Origin: an uncultured Steroidobacteraceae bacterium
GTDB lineage: Bacteria > Pseudomonadota > Gammaproteobacteria > Steroidobacterales > Steroidobacteraceae
DNA length: 26,956 nucleotides
Direction: 5' to 3'
Assembly: GCA_964459405.1 (NCBI GenBank)
Contig: CAYWMY010000003.1
Span: 1-26,956, forward strand
Part shown: positions 25,921 through 26,956 of the stretch, piece by piece
Layout: each line of letters begins with the position of its first letter
Numbering within the stretch: position 1 is the stretch's first letter
The notes under the pieces: model-generated
Seen by the model: the letters and a program-made list of their open reading frames with translations, nothing else
Told to the model about the DNA's origin: nothing
Databases searched by the model: none
Translations under genes and position numbers: made by a program

Positions 25921-26956
25921 TCACTTCAGCGGCCAGATCTCGGCCACGTACTTCCAGTTGACGAAGTAGTACAGCACGAAGGAGACGAAGAACACGCCCA
26001 CGAGGACCACGGTACCCGGGATGTACAGCGTGCCCTGGTTGCCGTAGCTCGCGACGGCCGCCGCGGACTTGGCGCCGCTCACAGGCCCCAGTTGCACGGC
26101 CTCCTTGTCACCGATCTTGCGGCCGAACAGCACCGTGCAGACAACGGTTACGACGTACATCGCGCCGCCCAGAGCCGCCATGATCGCCGAGATGCCGTTC
26201 AGCGCCAGCATCAGGAACGCCGCCGGCGAGTACTGGAACTGCGTCAGCGCATCGGCAAAGGTGATGTCCCAGTGCCGCCGCGGCACGCCCAGCGTGCCCG
26301 CGCCCATCATGAACAGCGAGATTCCCGCCGCGCCGAGCCCGAAGATGTACGGCTGCAGCTTGGCCACCGTCGGGAAGATCACCTCACGACGGAAGATCAG
26401 CGGCAGGACGAGGTACGTGATCGCCATGAAGGCGAGCGTCGTACCGGTCACGACCGTCGCATGGAAGTGACCCGGCACGTAGAGCGTGTTGTGCATCGTC
26501 AGGTTGATCTGCTCCGTTCCGAGCACGACGCCCGTGATGCCGCCCAGGAAGCCGAAGTACACGAGCGACATGAACATGCCCGAGAACGCCGGGTTGCCCC
26601 ATGGCGCCTTGCGCAGCCACTCGAACAGGCCCTTCGTGTAGCCCTTGGCGCGCTGCGCGGCCTCGATCGCGCCCGGCACGGTCATGCCGTGGATCATGCT
26701 GCCCATGACCGCCAGGTACATCGCATAGCTGGTATTGAAGATCTTCCAGCTCGAGCTGACACCCGGCTCCGCCAGCAGGTGGTGCGCGCTGGCGAGCTGC
26801 AGGAACAGGATGTACATCAGGTAGGCCGCACGGCTGACCTTCTCGGAGATCGGCTTGGCGCCCAGCACCATCGCACCGATGGCGTACCACACGGCCACGT
26901 GGGCCGAGACGTTGATCTGCTGGGAGGAATGGCCCATGGCCCACCACACCAGCTTG
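25921..26956 (-). CDS. Heme-copper oxidoreductase subunit I, B-family-like fold with Tyr-to-Gln active site (putative eNOR-type nitric oxide reductase), 5'-truncated
   Basis: The frame is open to the window edge (KLVWWAMGHSSQQIN...). CuB/FeB ligands: H at 26929-26931 and SAHH at 26779-26784. HNTLYVPGHFH (26461-26493) matches the ba3-type HNT..VPGHFH, and the VPRR arginine pair is present. The residue at His+4 is Gln, not Tyr. Confidence 0.85.
   Translation of the reverse strand, partial: KLVWWAMGHSSQQINVSAHVAVWYAIGAMVLGAKPISEKVSRAAYLMYILFLQLASAHHLLAEPGVSSSWKIFNTSYAMYLAVMGSMIHGMTVPGAIEAAQRAKGYTKGLFEWLRKAPWGNPAFSGMFMSLVYFGFLGGITGVVLGTEQINLTMHNTLYVPGHFHATVVTGTTLAFMAITYLVLPLIFRREVIFPTVAKLQPYIFGLGAAGISLFMMGAGTLGVPRRHWDITFADALTQFQYSPAAFLMLALNGISAIMAALGGAMYVVTVVCTVLFGRKIGDKEAVQLGPVSGAKSAAAVASYGNQGTLYIPGTVVLVGVFFVSFVLYYFVNWKYVAEIWPLK

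Noticed and set aside
25921-26956. Ordinary cytochrome c oxidase (aa3/ba3/cbb3) or cNOR/qNOR call for subunit I
   Set aside because: It lacks HPxVY (A/B families), HNAV (C family) and the HLWVE-type Glu motif of cNOR/qNOR. The rest of the visible sequence is B-family-like.

Overview
GC-rich (about 70% by eye) bacterial chromosome segment. Gene content and order suggest a gammaproteobacterium (inference). The left 16.4 kb is mostly housekeeping: cytochrome c4 (partial), lipoprotein DsbA, corA, rhlE, tRNA-Arg(CCG), cytochrome c5, comM, ubiK, a sigma54/NtrC-type amtB-glnK unit in reversed order, a DUF4124 gene, a beta-hydroxyacid dehydrogenase coupled to fimS/algZ-algR, an antisense beta-helix membrane protein gene, and hemC-hemD-SDR. 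The right 10.4 kb is all on the minus strand and holds the main finding. It begins with the 3' part of a B-family-like heme-copper oxidoreductase subunit I whose cross-linking Tyr is replaced by Gln (GHSSQQ), the signature I recall for eNOR-type nitric oxide reductases. Four translationally coupled genes follow: SCO, a 704-aa fusion (cytochrome b + 2x[4Fe-4S] ferredoxin + MvhD/FlpD [2Fe-2S] + membrane-anchored two-Cys domain), hemerythrin, and a second SCO. I know of no functional description of this accessory module. It may be a Rieske-less transmembrane electron conduit or a copper-site assembly system for the Tyr-less enzyme (hypothesis). pspC, an HlyD/ABC exporter and ubiD lie downstream. 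No CRISPR array, integrase or transposase was found. All calls come from motif recognition by eye; no database search was run.
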